Both the position numbers and the translations under genes were made by a program. 64,000 bases of DNA from assembly GCA_016210205.1 (NCBI GenBank), contig JACQUO010000034.1:3484-67483 (forward strand). Direction: 5' to 3'. Of this stretch, positions 38,433 to 46,530 are shown one piece after another. Within the stretch, counting starts at the first letter, position 1, and each line of letters begins with the position of its first letter. This stretch comes from Chloroflexota bacterium (GTDB taxonomy: Bacteria; Chloroflexota; Dehalococcoidia; JACQUO01). The notes beneath the pieces are model-generated. The model did not search any database, had not been told where the DNA came from, and worked only from the letters and a program-made list of their open reading frames with translations.

Positions 38433-40229
38433 TCATTTGGGCAGATACAGCGTCACATCCCAGCTGCCGGAGGAGACAATCTCCCGGAAGAGGAAATACC
38501 GCCCCCAGCGGGCCCAGGCCGCGGGCTGGCCCAGTTGCTCCCCCAGGCGGCTCCAGGTCATGTCCTTGTAGTACTCCGAGAACCAGAGCAAAATGCGGAG
38601 CGTCCTCGGCTCCTGATAGCTTTTCGGGTCGGGCGGCGACGGGCCTTCATGCTCCCGGGCCAGGATGAGGGCGCCCACCGGCGGCGGCTCGGCTTGCCCC
38701 AGGTCCTGATAGGATATGGGCCGGTTCCGTAGCAGCCAGTGCCAGGGCCAGCCCCCGTGGGGGGCCAGGTCGATGGTCACCGGCGTCCCCGGCCGCTCCT
38801 GCAGCAAGCGGGAGATGTCCTCCGCGGCCGCCATCACCTCCGGCGCCCCCTGGCTATAGACCAGCATCTCCACCGGCTCCTCCCGGTTTTGATAGCTGGC
38901 CATCCAGGCGGCCCGAATGGTGAAAACCAGCAGGATAGTCCCCACCGCCAGGAGGAGGGCCGGCCGCAGACGGCCTTCCTCTTTCCCCATACCCTCCCCG
39001 GCCCGCCCCAGGACTGACCCCGCCAGGAGAATCAAGGGCAAGGCGAGGTGCACCCCCAGCCAGGGCATCTTCTCCGCCGCCAAACTGTAGAGCAAAAAGC
39101 TGCCCCCGGCCCAATAGACCAGGAAGCGGTGAAACCCGTCGCCGCGCACCGCAAAGTAGAGGGCACCCATCACACCGAAGAGCAGGGGGAGAAACTCGTA
39201 GATGCCCAGAAGCAGGGGGTAGTAAAACCAGGGCTGTCCCCCTCGGGCCACCCCCTGCTGGGCCAGCCAGTAGTCCAGCCCGCCCCAGAGGCCACTGGCC
39301 AGCCCCAGGGGGTTGGTGCCAAAGGTAGCGTGAAGGGGAACGAAGATGCCATAGAAGACCAGGGCATAGTAGAGCCAGCGGCGCCCGCCCCAGCGCAGGC
39401 CCACTGCCGCCGCCAGGGCCAAAAAGGCCAGGAGCACCGCCACGGGGAAGAAGATGTCGGCGGCGCCTTGGGACATGGCCGTCTGCGTCGGGCTCTGGTA
39501 GCCCGGGTTCAACCAGCGCAGGGGGATAGTCGCCGCAGCGGAGAGGAGAGGCAAGGTGAAGGTGCCCAGGAACACCGCGTAGGAGGCGGCCGGGGAGAGC
39601 CGGGAGAGGGTCAGGCCCTCCCGCACCCGGCCCCAGAGGTCGCGCGCCCCCCGGAGCAGTAAATAGCTGCCCAGGATGGCCACCGTCAGATAGGTGTTCT
39701 CCTTGGTGGAGAAGGAGAGGGCCAGGACGGCGGCGCTGAGGTAGAGATAGCGCGGCTGGGGCGACTTCAGATAGCGCCACATCAAGACCACCAACAAGAT
39801 GGTCCAGACCGCCATGAAGATGTCGTTGCGGGCGAATCGGCTGAAATAGAGGAATGTGGGCGAGACGGCCAGCATCAGGCCCGTGGCCAGCGCCCCCCAG
39901 CGGCCCAGCTCCCGACGCAGGAGATAGGGCAGGGCCACCAGGGCCGTGCCGAAGAGGGCGGAGAGCAGCCGCGCCGTGAACTCGCTGTCGCCGAAAAGGA
40001 CAAAGGACAGGGCGATGCCGTGGAACTGGAAGGGGCCATGCATAAGGGGGTTGTGCTGGTAGCCGCCGCCCGTAGCCAGGAGCCAGCTATAGAAGGCATG
40101 GAGACTCTCGTCGAAGTGGATGGGCCGGCCCCCCAGGTCCCAGAGGCGCAAAGCCCCCGCCGCCAGCATCAGGAGGAGATAGAGCGCCTGCTCCCACTCC
40201 AGGCTGAAGCCCAAAGCCCTCTTTTTCAC
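38433..40229 (-). CDS. GT-C-like (ArnT/PMT-type) integral membrane protein, TIGR03663-like
   Basis: 598 aa, many TM segments. Early-loop acidic motif HFDESLH. The known genomic partner of YYY-domain proteins. Confidence 0.65.
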   Translation of the reverse strand: MKKRALGFSLEWEQALYLLLMLAAGALRLWDLGGRPIHFDESLHAFYSWLLATGGGYQHNPLMHGPFQFHGIALSFVLFGDSEFTARLLSALFGTALVALPYLLRRELGRWGALATGLMLAVSPTFLYFSRFARNDIFMAVWTILLVVLMWRYLKSPQPRYLYLSAAVLALSFSTKENTYLTVAILGSYLLLRGARDLWGRVREGLTLSRLSPAASYAVFLGTFTLPLLSAAATIPLRWLNPGYQSPTQTAMSQGAADIFFPVAVLLAFLALAAAVGLRWGGRRWLYYALVFYGIFVPLHATFGTNPLGLASGLWGGLDYWLAQQGVARGGQPWFYYPLLLGIYEFLPLLFGVMGALYFAVRGDGFHRFLVYWAGGSFLLYSLAAEKMPWLGVHLALPLILLAGSVLGRAGEGMGKEEGRLRPALLLAVGTILLVFTIRAAWMASYQNREEPVEMLVYSQGAPEVMAAAEDISRLLQERPGTPVTIDLAPHGGWPWHWLLRNRPISYQDLGQAEPPPVGALILAREHEGPSPPDPKSYQEPRTLRILLWFSEYYKDMTWSRLGEQLGQPAAWARWGRYFLFREIVSSGSWDVTLYLPK

Positions 40230-42508
40230 TCGCTCACCCTGAAGATGGTGACCGGCCCCTGAGAATAGGCCGTCTCCAGCAGAGGCGCGAGTCGGCCCGC
40301 CACCCCGAGCCCGTACTTCTCCCGCTCCAGCGGCCCCACATAGACATAGCCCACACCATATTTCTTCAGGAGGGCCTGGGCCTGGGCCGTCGGGGCATCA
40401 CGATAGATGGCGTCGATGTCCCGAGCGCGCTCCTCCAGCTCTGGGGTGTCGCCGCGCCACTGCACCTCGTGGAAGCGCCAGCCCAGCACCGTGGGCAGGC
40501 CGGTGCGGGAGGAGATGCGGCCATAATCGCTCCAGGAATCGCCCCAGGCCTCCAGGACCACGGGCGTGCCCGCCACATTGGCCTGGAGCCAGGCCACCCC
40601 CGGCGCGTCCGCCTCCCTGGCCCGCCCGGCCAGACCATCCAGGTCGGGAGCCCTGGAGATGACTTCTATCCGGCTGGAAGCCGCCCCCACCGCGTAGTAG
40701 AAGGCCCCTGCCACCAGCAGCGCCCCCAGGCCCAGCCAGAGGGCTTTGGCCCAGATTGCGCTCCGCCAGCGGGCCAGCAGGTAGTATAGGCCGTAGGCGG
40801 CGGCCACAGCAAGGAGGGCCCAGGCCTGGTAATAGAGCTTGAAGACGGTGTTCACCCGATAGCCGAAGATGTCCCAAATGTAAAACAACTCCACTCCATA
40901 GGTGAGGAGAAGACCGGTGAACAGCAGTCCCAGGGCGAAGGCCGGGCCCCGCGAGCCTGCCTCCCGCCCGCGCATGAGGGCCAGCAGAAGCAGAGATAGG
41001 ATGCCCCACAGGGGCAGCAGTAGCCAGGCCCGCCCGGCCACCTCCCCCAAGCCCGCCGCCAGACCCCCCGCCAGCAGGTGAGCCGCCAGCTCCAGGAGCA
41101 ACCACAGGGCCAGGAGAAAGAGCAGCGGCAGCGTCGCCGCGTAGGCCTGGCGGACGCGCACCGGGTGCCCCCGGAGGGCCGAGGACAGCAGGGCCGCGGC
41201 CAGGGACAGGCCGAAGAAGAGGAACGGCCCCCAGAACAGCAGGTAAGGGAAAGTACGGCTCCCCGGCCCCAGCACCGGCAGCACCCCTCGGGCCTGGGCG
41301 GTGAATCCGGCGTAGAAGGGCCAATAGAGCGCCAAGGCCAGGGAAAGGCACAGGGCGACGAGCACCAGCGAGCGAGCTACGCTGCGCCCCTCCAACCTCC
41401 CCTGCAGCAGGACGGCCCCCGCCAGGATGAAGCCGTAGGTGGGCAGGTCCCAGCTATTCAGGAAGCCCAAGGCTCCCAGCCCCAGGGCCGTCCCCCCCCA
41501 GAGCCAGAGGCTCCCCACCAGCCCGGAGAGGCCCAGGCGGGGCGCCAGCCCCAGGTTCAGGGCCAGGCCCAGGGCCAGGAGACCGAAGGGCAGGGCCATG
41601 ACATGGGGGTGCAAGTCCCCCAGCAAAAAAGAGAAGATGGGAAACTCGGTGATGGCGCCGCCCAGGTCCAGCATCCTGGTGGCCCGCCACCACCACCAGA
41701 ACTCCGTGGGAATCCAGCTAGGCACGGGGGCGGCGGCGGCCAGGCCGGGGATGCCCACCCACTCCCAGAGGCCCGGCGAGCCCAGGCCGCGGGCCCGGGC
41801 CAGCTCCAGCACGCCCTCCCAGTTCCCCAGGGCCAGGAGGAAGCCAGCGGCGGCCAGGCCCGTGGCCACGCCCGCCCGCGCCGACCCCAAGGTGGCCCGC
41901 ACCAGGTTGTAGCCCAGGCTCAAGGCCCCCAGGGCGGCCAGGCCATAGAGCGAGGCCAAGGCCAGGTTGTAGCCCACCGCCGCGGGCAGGCCGCTGAGGC
42001 GGGTGAGAAGCGCCGCCATGAGGTAGCCGAAGTAATAGTAGTTGACGCCGTGGCCCGAGAGCCAGGGGTCCTGGGGCGGGAAGGAAGGGGCCCGCAGGCT
42101 GGCGTTGAGCAAGGCCAAATCCATGGGCTGCTCGGTGGTGCCCAGGGGGGGGCTGTAGGCCCGGAGCAGAGCCATGACCAGAAAGAAGGCCAGGAAGACC
42201 GCTTCGGTGATAGCGATATAGGCCAGATGCCGGGAGATGAACTCTCCCATGACCTGGCGCTGCCGGGCCAGGACAGCCAGGGAGACGGCGGCCACCAGCA
42301 GCAGGATAAGCCAAATAGCCCAAGACTCATTGGGCAGGAGCCGGAAGGAGCCCGCCAGCCAGAGGAGATAGGACACCAAGAGCAGGCCCAGGGCCTTGCT
42401 CAAGGGATAGCCGCGGTCGGGAAGATGGCGAAAGAGGGTGAAGGTGAGAGGCAAGGAGGCCAGACCGAGCAGACCCGCCCATAGCCACCAGAGCAGCGCC
42501 GCGCCCAA
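40226..42508 (-). CDS. DUF2298 / Chlor_Arch_YYY-domain integral membrane protein
   Basis: 760 aa and very hydrophobic. Contains the signature GVNYYYFGY. 4-nt overlap with the downstream GT-C-like gene. Confidence 0.75.
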   Translation of the reverse strand: MGAALLWWLWAGLLGLASLPLTFTLFRHLPDRGYPLSKALGLLLVSYLLWLAGSFRLLPNESWAIWLILLLVAAVSLAVLARQRQVMGEFISRHLAYIAITEAVFLAFFLVMALLRAYSPPLGTTEQPMDLALLNASLRAPSFPPQDPWLSGHGVNYYYFGYLMAALLTRLSGLPAAVGYNLALASLYGLAALGALSLGYNLVRATLGSARAGVATGLAAAGFLLALGNWEGVLELARARGLGSPGLWEWVGIPGLAAAAPVPSWIPTEFWWWWRATRMLDLGGAITEFPIFSFLLGDLHPHVMALPFGLLALGLALNLGLAPRLGLSGLVGSLWLWGGTALGLGALGFLNSWDLPTYGFILAGAVLLQGRLEGRSVARSLVLVALCLSLALALYWPFYAGFTAQARGVLPVLGPGSRTFPYLLFWGPFLFFGLSLAAALLSSALRGHPVRVRQAYAATLPLLFLLALWLLLELAAHLLAGGLAAGLGEVAGRAWLLLPLWGILSLLLLALMRGREAGSRGPAFALGLLFTGLLLTYGVELFYIWDIFGYRVNTVFKLYYQAWALLAVAAAYGLYYLLARWRSAIWAKALWLGLGALLVAGAFYYAVGAASSRIEVISRAPDLDGLAGRAREADAPGVAWLQANVAGTPVVLEAWGDSWSDYGRISSRTGLPTVLGWRFHEVQWRGDTPELEERARDIDAIYRDAPTAQAQALLKKYGVGYVYVGPLEREKYGLGVAGRLAPLLETAYSQGPVTIFRVSE

Positions 42509-42514
42509 GGCCTG

Positions 42515-43495
42515 CTAGCTCCGCAGCGGCGGCAACAACGCGGCGGCGAAGGCGACGGGGTCGAAGGGGGCCAGGTCCTCCAGTCCCTCGCCGGTGCCGA
42601 TGAAGGCCACGGGCACCTGGAGCTCGTGGCAGATGGCCAGGACAATCCCCCCCTTGGCGGTGCCATCCAGCTTGGCCAGGAAGATGCCATGCACCCCCAC
42701 TGCTGCGAGGAAGTGCCGCGCCTGGGCCAGGGCATTCTGCCCCATGGTGGCATCCAGGACCAGCAGGACCTCCGGGGGAGACTCCAACTGGCGCTCCAGG
42801 ATGCGGTGGACCTTCTTCAGCTCCTCCATGAGGTTGAACTTGGTGTGGAGTCGGCCCGCCGTGTCCACCAGGAGCACATCCGCCCGGCGGCTTCGGGCCG
42901 CCTGGAGGGCATCGAAGGCCACGGCGCCCGGGTCGGCCCCGGGCTGGCCGGCGATGACCGTGGCCCCGGCGCGCTCCCCCCAGACCTGGAGCTGGTCGAT
43001 GGCCGCGGCCCGGAAGGTATCGGCGGCGGCCAGGACCACTGCCTGGCCCTCCTGCTTGAGGGCATAAGCCAGCTTAGCTATCGAAGTGGTCTTGCCGGAG
43101 CCGTTCACCCCCACAGCCAGCACCACGCGCAGGCCAGAGGGGGATGGCGCCGGGGCCTGGGAAGGGAGGGACAAGACCTCCACCATGGCCTGCCGCAGGG
43201 CCGCGGCCACAGCCTCGCCGCTGGCCAGGCTCTCCCGGCGGGCCCGCTCCCGAACCGTCGCCAGGAGGCGGGAGGCTGTGGGCAGACCCACATCGGCCAG
43301 GATGAGGGCTTCCTCCAACTCGTCCCAGTCGCCCGCATCCAGGGCCGGGCGTCCCAGGAGCTGACTGATGCGGCTGAAGAAGCCGGCCCGGGTGGGCCGG
43401 GCGGCCTGCTCCGTCTTGTCCTTGTCTTGGCGCCTCAGAAAGCCCAGCAGGGTCTCACCCCCAACAAAAGGCTGGAGATGATAATAGCATACCAA
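42515..43495 (-). CDS. ftsY: signal recognition particle receptor FtsY
   Basis: NG domain motifs GVNGSGKTTSIAKLA, DTAGR and AKLDGTAKGG. The true start is probably internal (near LGFLRRQDK) and uses a non-ATG codon. Confidence 0.9.
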   Translation of the reverse strand: MVCYYHLQPFVGGETLLGFLRRQDKDKTEQAARPTRAGFFSRISQLLGRPALDAGDWDELEEALILADVGLPTASRLLATVRERARRESLASGEAVAAALRQAMVEVLSLPSQAPAPSPSGLRVVLAVGVNGSGKTTSIAKLAYALKQEGQAVVLAAADTFRAAAIDQLQVWGERAGATVIAGQPGADPGAVAFDALQAARSRRADVLLVDTAGRLHTKFNLMEELKKVHRILERQLESPPEVLLVLDATMGQNALAQARHFLAAVGVHGIFLAKLDGTAKGGIVLAICHELQVPVAFIGTGEGLEDLAPFDPVAFAAALLPPLRS

Positions 43496-43505
43496 CAGGG
43501 GGGCA

Positions 43506-43539
43506 GGAAAAGGGAGAGAGCCGATTTAGGCCCTCTCCC
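43506..43539 (-). terminator. intrinsic terminator after the MerR/micro-ORF unit
   Basis: Minus strand has GGGAGAG-N14-CTCTCCC followed by TTTTCC. It begins about 40 nt after the micro-ORF stop. Confidence 0.6.
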
Positions 43540-43578
43540 AGCTCCACGGCTATTGTTTTGCCTGCAAGCCAAGGCTAA

Positions 43579-43668
43579 TCAGGCGCAGCCACAGCCGCAG
43601 TCGCAACCCTTGGCCTCTTCCTTGACTGGCTTGGGGGCTGCTCCGGCCTTTTTATCTTTGCCCGCCAT
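43579..43668 (-). CDS. 29-aa Lys-rich peptide ending in CxCxCxC (candidate metal-binding micropeptide)
   Basis: Not in the ORF track. Encodes MAGKDKKAGAAPKPVKEEAKGCDCGCGCA*. The ATG at 43668 is preceded by AAGGAGGTGA with a 6-nt spacer. The micro-ORF overlaps the merR 3' end by 17 nt and is followed by a terminator. Confidence 0.5.
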   Translation of the reverse strand: MAGKDKKAGAAPKPVKEEAKGCDCGCGCA

Positions 43669-44140
43669 CCTTCATCACCTCCTTTCCGGTTTTCGTCGCC
43701 GCCGTGCCTCCGAGCTCCGGGAAGCACTGGCATCCCATACAGGGCGCTGGCTCCCTTATATCACCCTTATCATCAAGAATCTGCTCCAGATGCTCCAGGC
43801 CCGCCCGCAGCCGCTTCCGGAGGGCTTGTAGCTCTTCAGTTTGCCGCTCCGTCTCTCTGATTCGCAGCTCTATGATATTTCGGAGGTGCGCCCGTAAATC
43901 CTGGCAATGGCCGCCATCAATCAGGGCCTGGGACTCTTTGACCGCCCTCAAGGGCAACCCCAGCTTCTTGACTTTGATGATAAGAGCCAACTGCTCCAAA
44001 TGAGTCTCGTCGAAGACGCGGTACCCCGATTCATTCCGCCGAGTTGGAGGCAAGAGGCCGACTCGCTCGTAAAACCTCAGGGTTTTGGGGCTGAGGTCGA
44101 AACTTCTGGACACCTGGCTGATAGTTAAGGGTCTTTCCAT
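43652..44140 (-). CDS. MerR-family (metal-responsive type) transcriptional regulator
   Basis: 162 aa from ATG 44140 (SD AAAGGAG upstream). HTH region LTISQVSRSFDLSPKTLRFYERVGLL, then a coiled coil. Cys in GGHCQD and a C-terminal CMGCQC. The first 148 aa of the track ORF 43652..44584 are an artefact overlapping rnc. Confidence 0.85.
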   Translation of the reverse strand: MERPLTISQVSRSFDLSPKTLRFYERVGLLPPTRRNESGYRVFDETHLEQLALIIKVKKLGLPLRAVKESQALIDGGHCQDLRAHLRNIIELRIRETERQTEELQALRKRLRAGLEHLEQILDDKGDIREPAPCMGCQCFPELGGTAATKTGKEVMKDGGQR

Positions 44141-44164
44141 GGCTAGCTCCTTTAGTTCGGAGCT

Positions 44165-44196
44165 ATGGTAGAACATTCTCCCCAGGGGAATGTCAA
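44165..44196 (-). promoter_or_regulatory. MerR-type promoter: TTGACA-20 nt-TACCAT with a 21-bp dyad in the spacer
   Basis: -35 at 44191-44196 and -10 at 44165-44170. The dyad ACATTCCCCTGGGGAGAATGT (minus strand, 44193-44173) forms 8 of 10 pairs and overlaps the -35 and the spacer. Confidence 0.6.
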
Positions 44197-44240
44197 GGGG
44201 ATACCCGAAGGAGTTTAGGGGATTTAGCGCCGCCTTGTTG

Positions 44241-44981
44241 TTAGTTGGGCTTCTGGCGCCGTTTGGCCGACACGATGAGGGGGATGGCGGCCTCGCCCTT
44301 ATCCAGCACCTTGAGGGCCGCCTGGGCCGCCGCCTGCTCGGCCCGCTGCTTGCTGGAGCCGGAGCCCCGGCCCAGGAAATTCTTGCCGGCCAGGGCCTCC
44401 ACCACGAAGACCCGCTCGTGGGCCGGCCCCTTGCTCTCCGCCACCCGATAGGAAGGGATAATCTGATATTCCTCCTGGAGTTGGGCCTGGAGGCGGGACT
44501 TGTAGTCCGCCGCCCCCTTGCCCTGTAGCGTCCGCCGCAGCTCCGTGCGAAGCCAGGCCTGGATGAGGCGGCGCGCGGCCACATAGCCCTTGTCCAGAAA
44601 ATAGGCGCCGGCCACCGCCTCCAGGGCCGAGGACAAAAGGCGCGGCCGCTTGCGCCCTCCCGTATGCTCCTCCCCCACCCCCAAAAAGAGGAAATCCCCC
44701 AGCTTGCGGTTCTCCGCTATCTTGGCCAAGGTGTCCCGCTGTACCAGGAAGGAGCGGAGCTGGGAAAGGTCACCCTCCTCCATCTCCGGGAAGCGCTCGT
44801 AGAGAGCCTGGGCCACCGCCAGGCCGAGGACGGCGTCGCCCAGGTACTCCAGGCGCTCGTTGTTCCCCAGGGGGGAGTCGGGGTTCTCGTTGCGGTAGGA
44901 GCGGTGTATCAGGGCCTGCTCCAGGAGCGCCCTTTTCTTGAACTTGGCCCCCAGGTTCTTCTCCACGAGCTCCCAGTCCAT
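44241..44981 (-). CDS. rnc: ribonuclease III
   Basis: 246 aa. Signature ERLEYLGDAVL plus a C-terminal dsRBD. Confidence 0.93.
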   Translation of the reverse strand: MDWELVEKNLGAKFKKRALLEQALIHRSYRNENPDSPLGNNERLEYLGDAVLGLAVAQALYERFPEMEEGDLSQLRSFLVQRDTLAKIAENRKLGDFLFLGVGEEHTGGRKRPRLLSSALEAVAGAYFLDKGYVAARRLIQAWLRTELRRTLQGKGAADYKSRLQAQLQEEYQIIPSYRVAESKGPAHERVFVVEALAGKNFLGRGSGSSKQRAEQAAAQAALKVLDKGEAAIPLIVSAKRRQKPN

Positions 44982-45102
44982 GACACCTCCACCTTAAGAT
45001 ACCTAATCGCCGAGGCCATGCTAAAGCTAAAGCCACCTTCTGTCAAGGAACCAGGCGTCGGTCGCTTTGGGCGCAGCCGGGAGCCAATCCCCCCTGGGAG
45101 CG

Positions 45103-45394
45103 TTTAGAAACGCCCTTCAACACCCTGAGTCATCAGTCGTCTGGCACCTCACCCCCTGTCCCCCTCTCTGGAAGGAGAGGGGGCTGAAAGGGAGATTTGG
45201 GGGACACCCCCAATCCCCTGGCAGGGGGCCCGACCCCCTGCACCCCGGGTTGAGGGGGTGCTGGGGCCACCGCCACTGGGGCTACCACCCCCGGCCTCCT
45301 GCACCCCGGGTTGAAGGCTAAGGGCGCCATATTTGGATGTCATCCCAGGCCCCCGCCAAAGGGGGCTAGCCCCTCCCCAATTGCTAACGACCTC
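45103..45394 (+). repeat. 292-nt hairpin-rich repeat, family 2 (copy E), with an internal insertion/duplication
   Basis: Has the same ends as copy D (tttagaaacg ... gctaacgacctc). Contains the hairpin ccccctctct-ggaa-ggagaggggg. The 17-nt direct repeat cctgcaccccgggttga occurs at 45237 and 45298. Confidence 0.8.
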
Positions 45395-45478
45395 ACCTCG
45401 CTTCGTTGACGGAAGGTGAGGCTTGTGCTAGCATTCCCGCAGGAATGCCGTCTCCAAGTCAAGCCCCAGGGAGATGCC

Positions 45479-46120
45479 ATGGCTTCAACCCCCGATGGGA
45501 GGGAAGAGGAGACCCTGGGCCAGCAGGGCTTCTGCCGCATCGCCGGAATCGACGAGGTGGGACGGGGGCCCCTGGCCGGCCCGGTGATGGCCGCGGCGGT
45601 CATCCTCCCACCGGGGCTTAAGCGGCCCTGGCTCTGCCGCGTGCGGGACAGCAAGGAGCTTTCGCCCCGCCAACGAGAGTCCCTGGCAGGCTTAATCCAG
45701 CAGGACGCCCTGGCCGTGGGCCTCGGCATGGTGGAGCCCTCTTTCATCGACCGCCATGGCATCGTGCCCGCCACGCGCCGGGCCATGGCCCTGGCGGTGG
45801 GCCAGCTCAGCCCCGCCCCTGACTACCTTCTCATCGATGCCCTGGCCTTGCCGGAGGCCGCCCTGCCCCAGAAGGCCATCATCCATGGGGATGCCCTCTG
45901 CTACTCCATCGCCGCCGCCAGCATCGTGGCCAAGGTGAGCCGAGACCACCTCATGCAGGAGATGGAAGCCGCCTACCCCGGATACGGCTTCGCCCGTCAT
46001 AAGGGCTATGGCACCGCAGCGCACCTGGAGTGCCTGCGGCGGCTGGGGCCCTGTCCCATCCACCGCCGCTCCTTCGCCCCCCTCTCCGGGGCAGGCTCAC
46101 GGGGAGGCCCCCGGCCATGA
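45479..46120 (+). CDS. rnhB: ribonuclease HII
   Basis: GIDEVGRGPLAGPV motif. Start set at ATG 45479 with AGGGAG upstream. Confidence 0.88.
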   Translation: MASTPDGREEETLGQQGFCRIAGIDEVGRGPLAGPVMAAAVILPPGLKRPWLCRVRDSKELSPRQRESLAGLIQQDALAVGLGMVEPSFIDRHGIVPATRRAMALAVGQLSPAPDYLLIDALALPEAALPQKAIIHGDALCYSIAAASIVAKVSRDHLMQEMEAAYPGYGFARHKGYGTAAHLECLRRLGPCPIHRRSFAPLSGAGSRGGPRP

Positions 46121-46530
46121 AGCCTCCCGGCCCCAGCCGCCGCGCCACGGGCCAGCGGGGGGAGCGCCTGGCCCGGGAGTTCCTGGCGGGCCAAGGCTAC
46201 TGCATCCGAGAGGCCAACTACCGCTGCCCCCAGGGCGAGATTGACCTGGTGGCGGAGAAGGACGGCTGCCTGGTCTTCGTGGAGGTGCGCACCCGCCGCG
46301 GCAAGGGCTTCGGCACCCCCGAGGAGTCCGTGGGGCAGGATAAGGCCCAGCGCCTCCTGGCCCTGGCGGAGACCTACTGCCAGGCCCACGAGAACCTGCC
46401 GGCGGGCCGCCGCATCGATGTGGTGGCAGTGGAGCTGGGGCCTGGGGGCAGGGTGACGCGCCTGGAGCACATCGAGAACGCCGTCACCGCTGACATGGGG
46501 GCATTGGAGGTGAGAAAACCTTGGAGCTAA
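46117..46530 (+). CDS. yraN: YraN-family (UPF0102) endonuclease-like protein
   Basis: GERLAREFLAGQGY...GEIDLVA...LVFVEVRTRR motifs. ATGA overlap with the rnhB stop. Confidence 0.85.
   Translation: MKPPGPSRRATGQRGERLAREFLAGQGYCIREANYRCPQGEIDLVAEKDGCLVFVEVRTRRGKGFGTPEESVGQDKAQRLLALAETYCQAHENLPAGRRIDVVAVELGPGGRVTRLEHIENAVTADMGALEVRKPWS

Noticed and set aside
44141-44584. N-terminal 148 aa of the track ORF 43652..44584
   Set aside because: This part overlaps rnc in another frame and is Arg/Pro/Ser-rich. The real gene is the MerR regulator starting at ATG 44140, which has its own SD and promoter.
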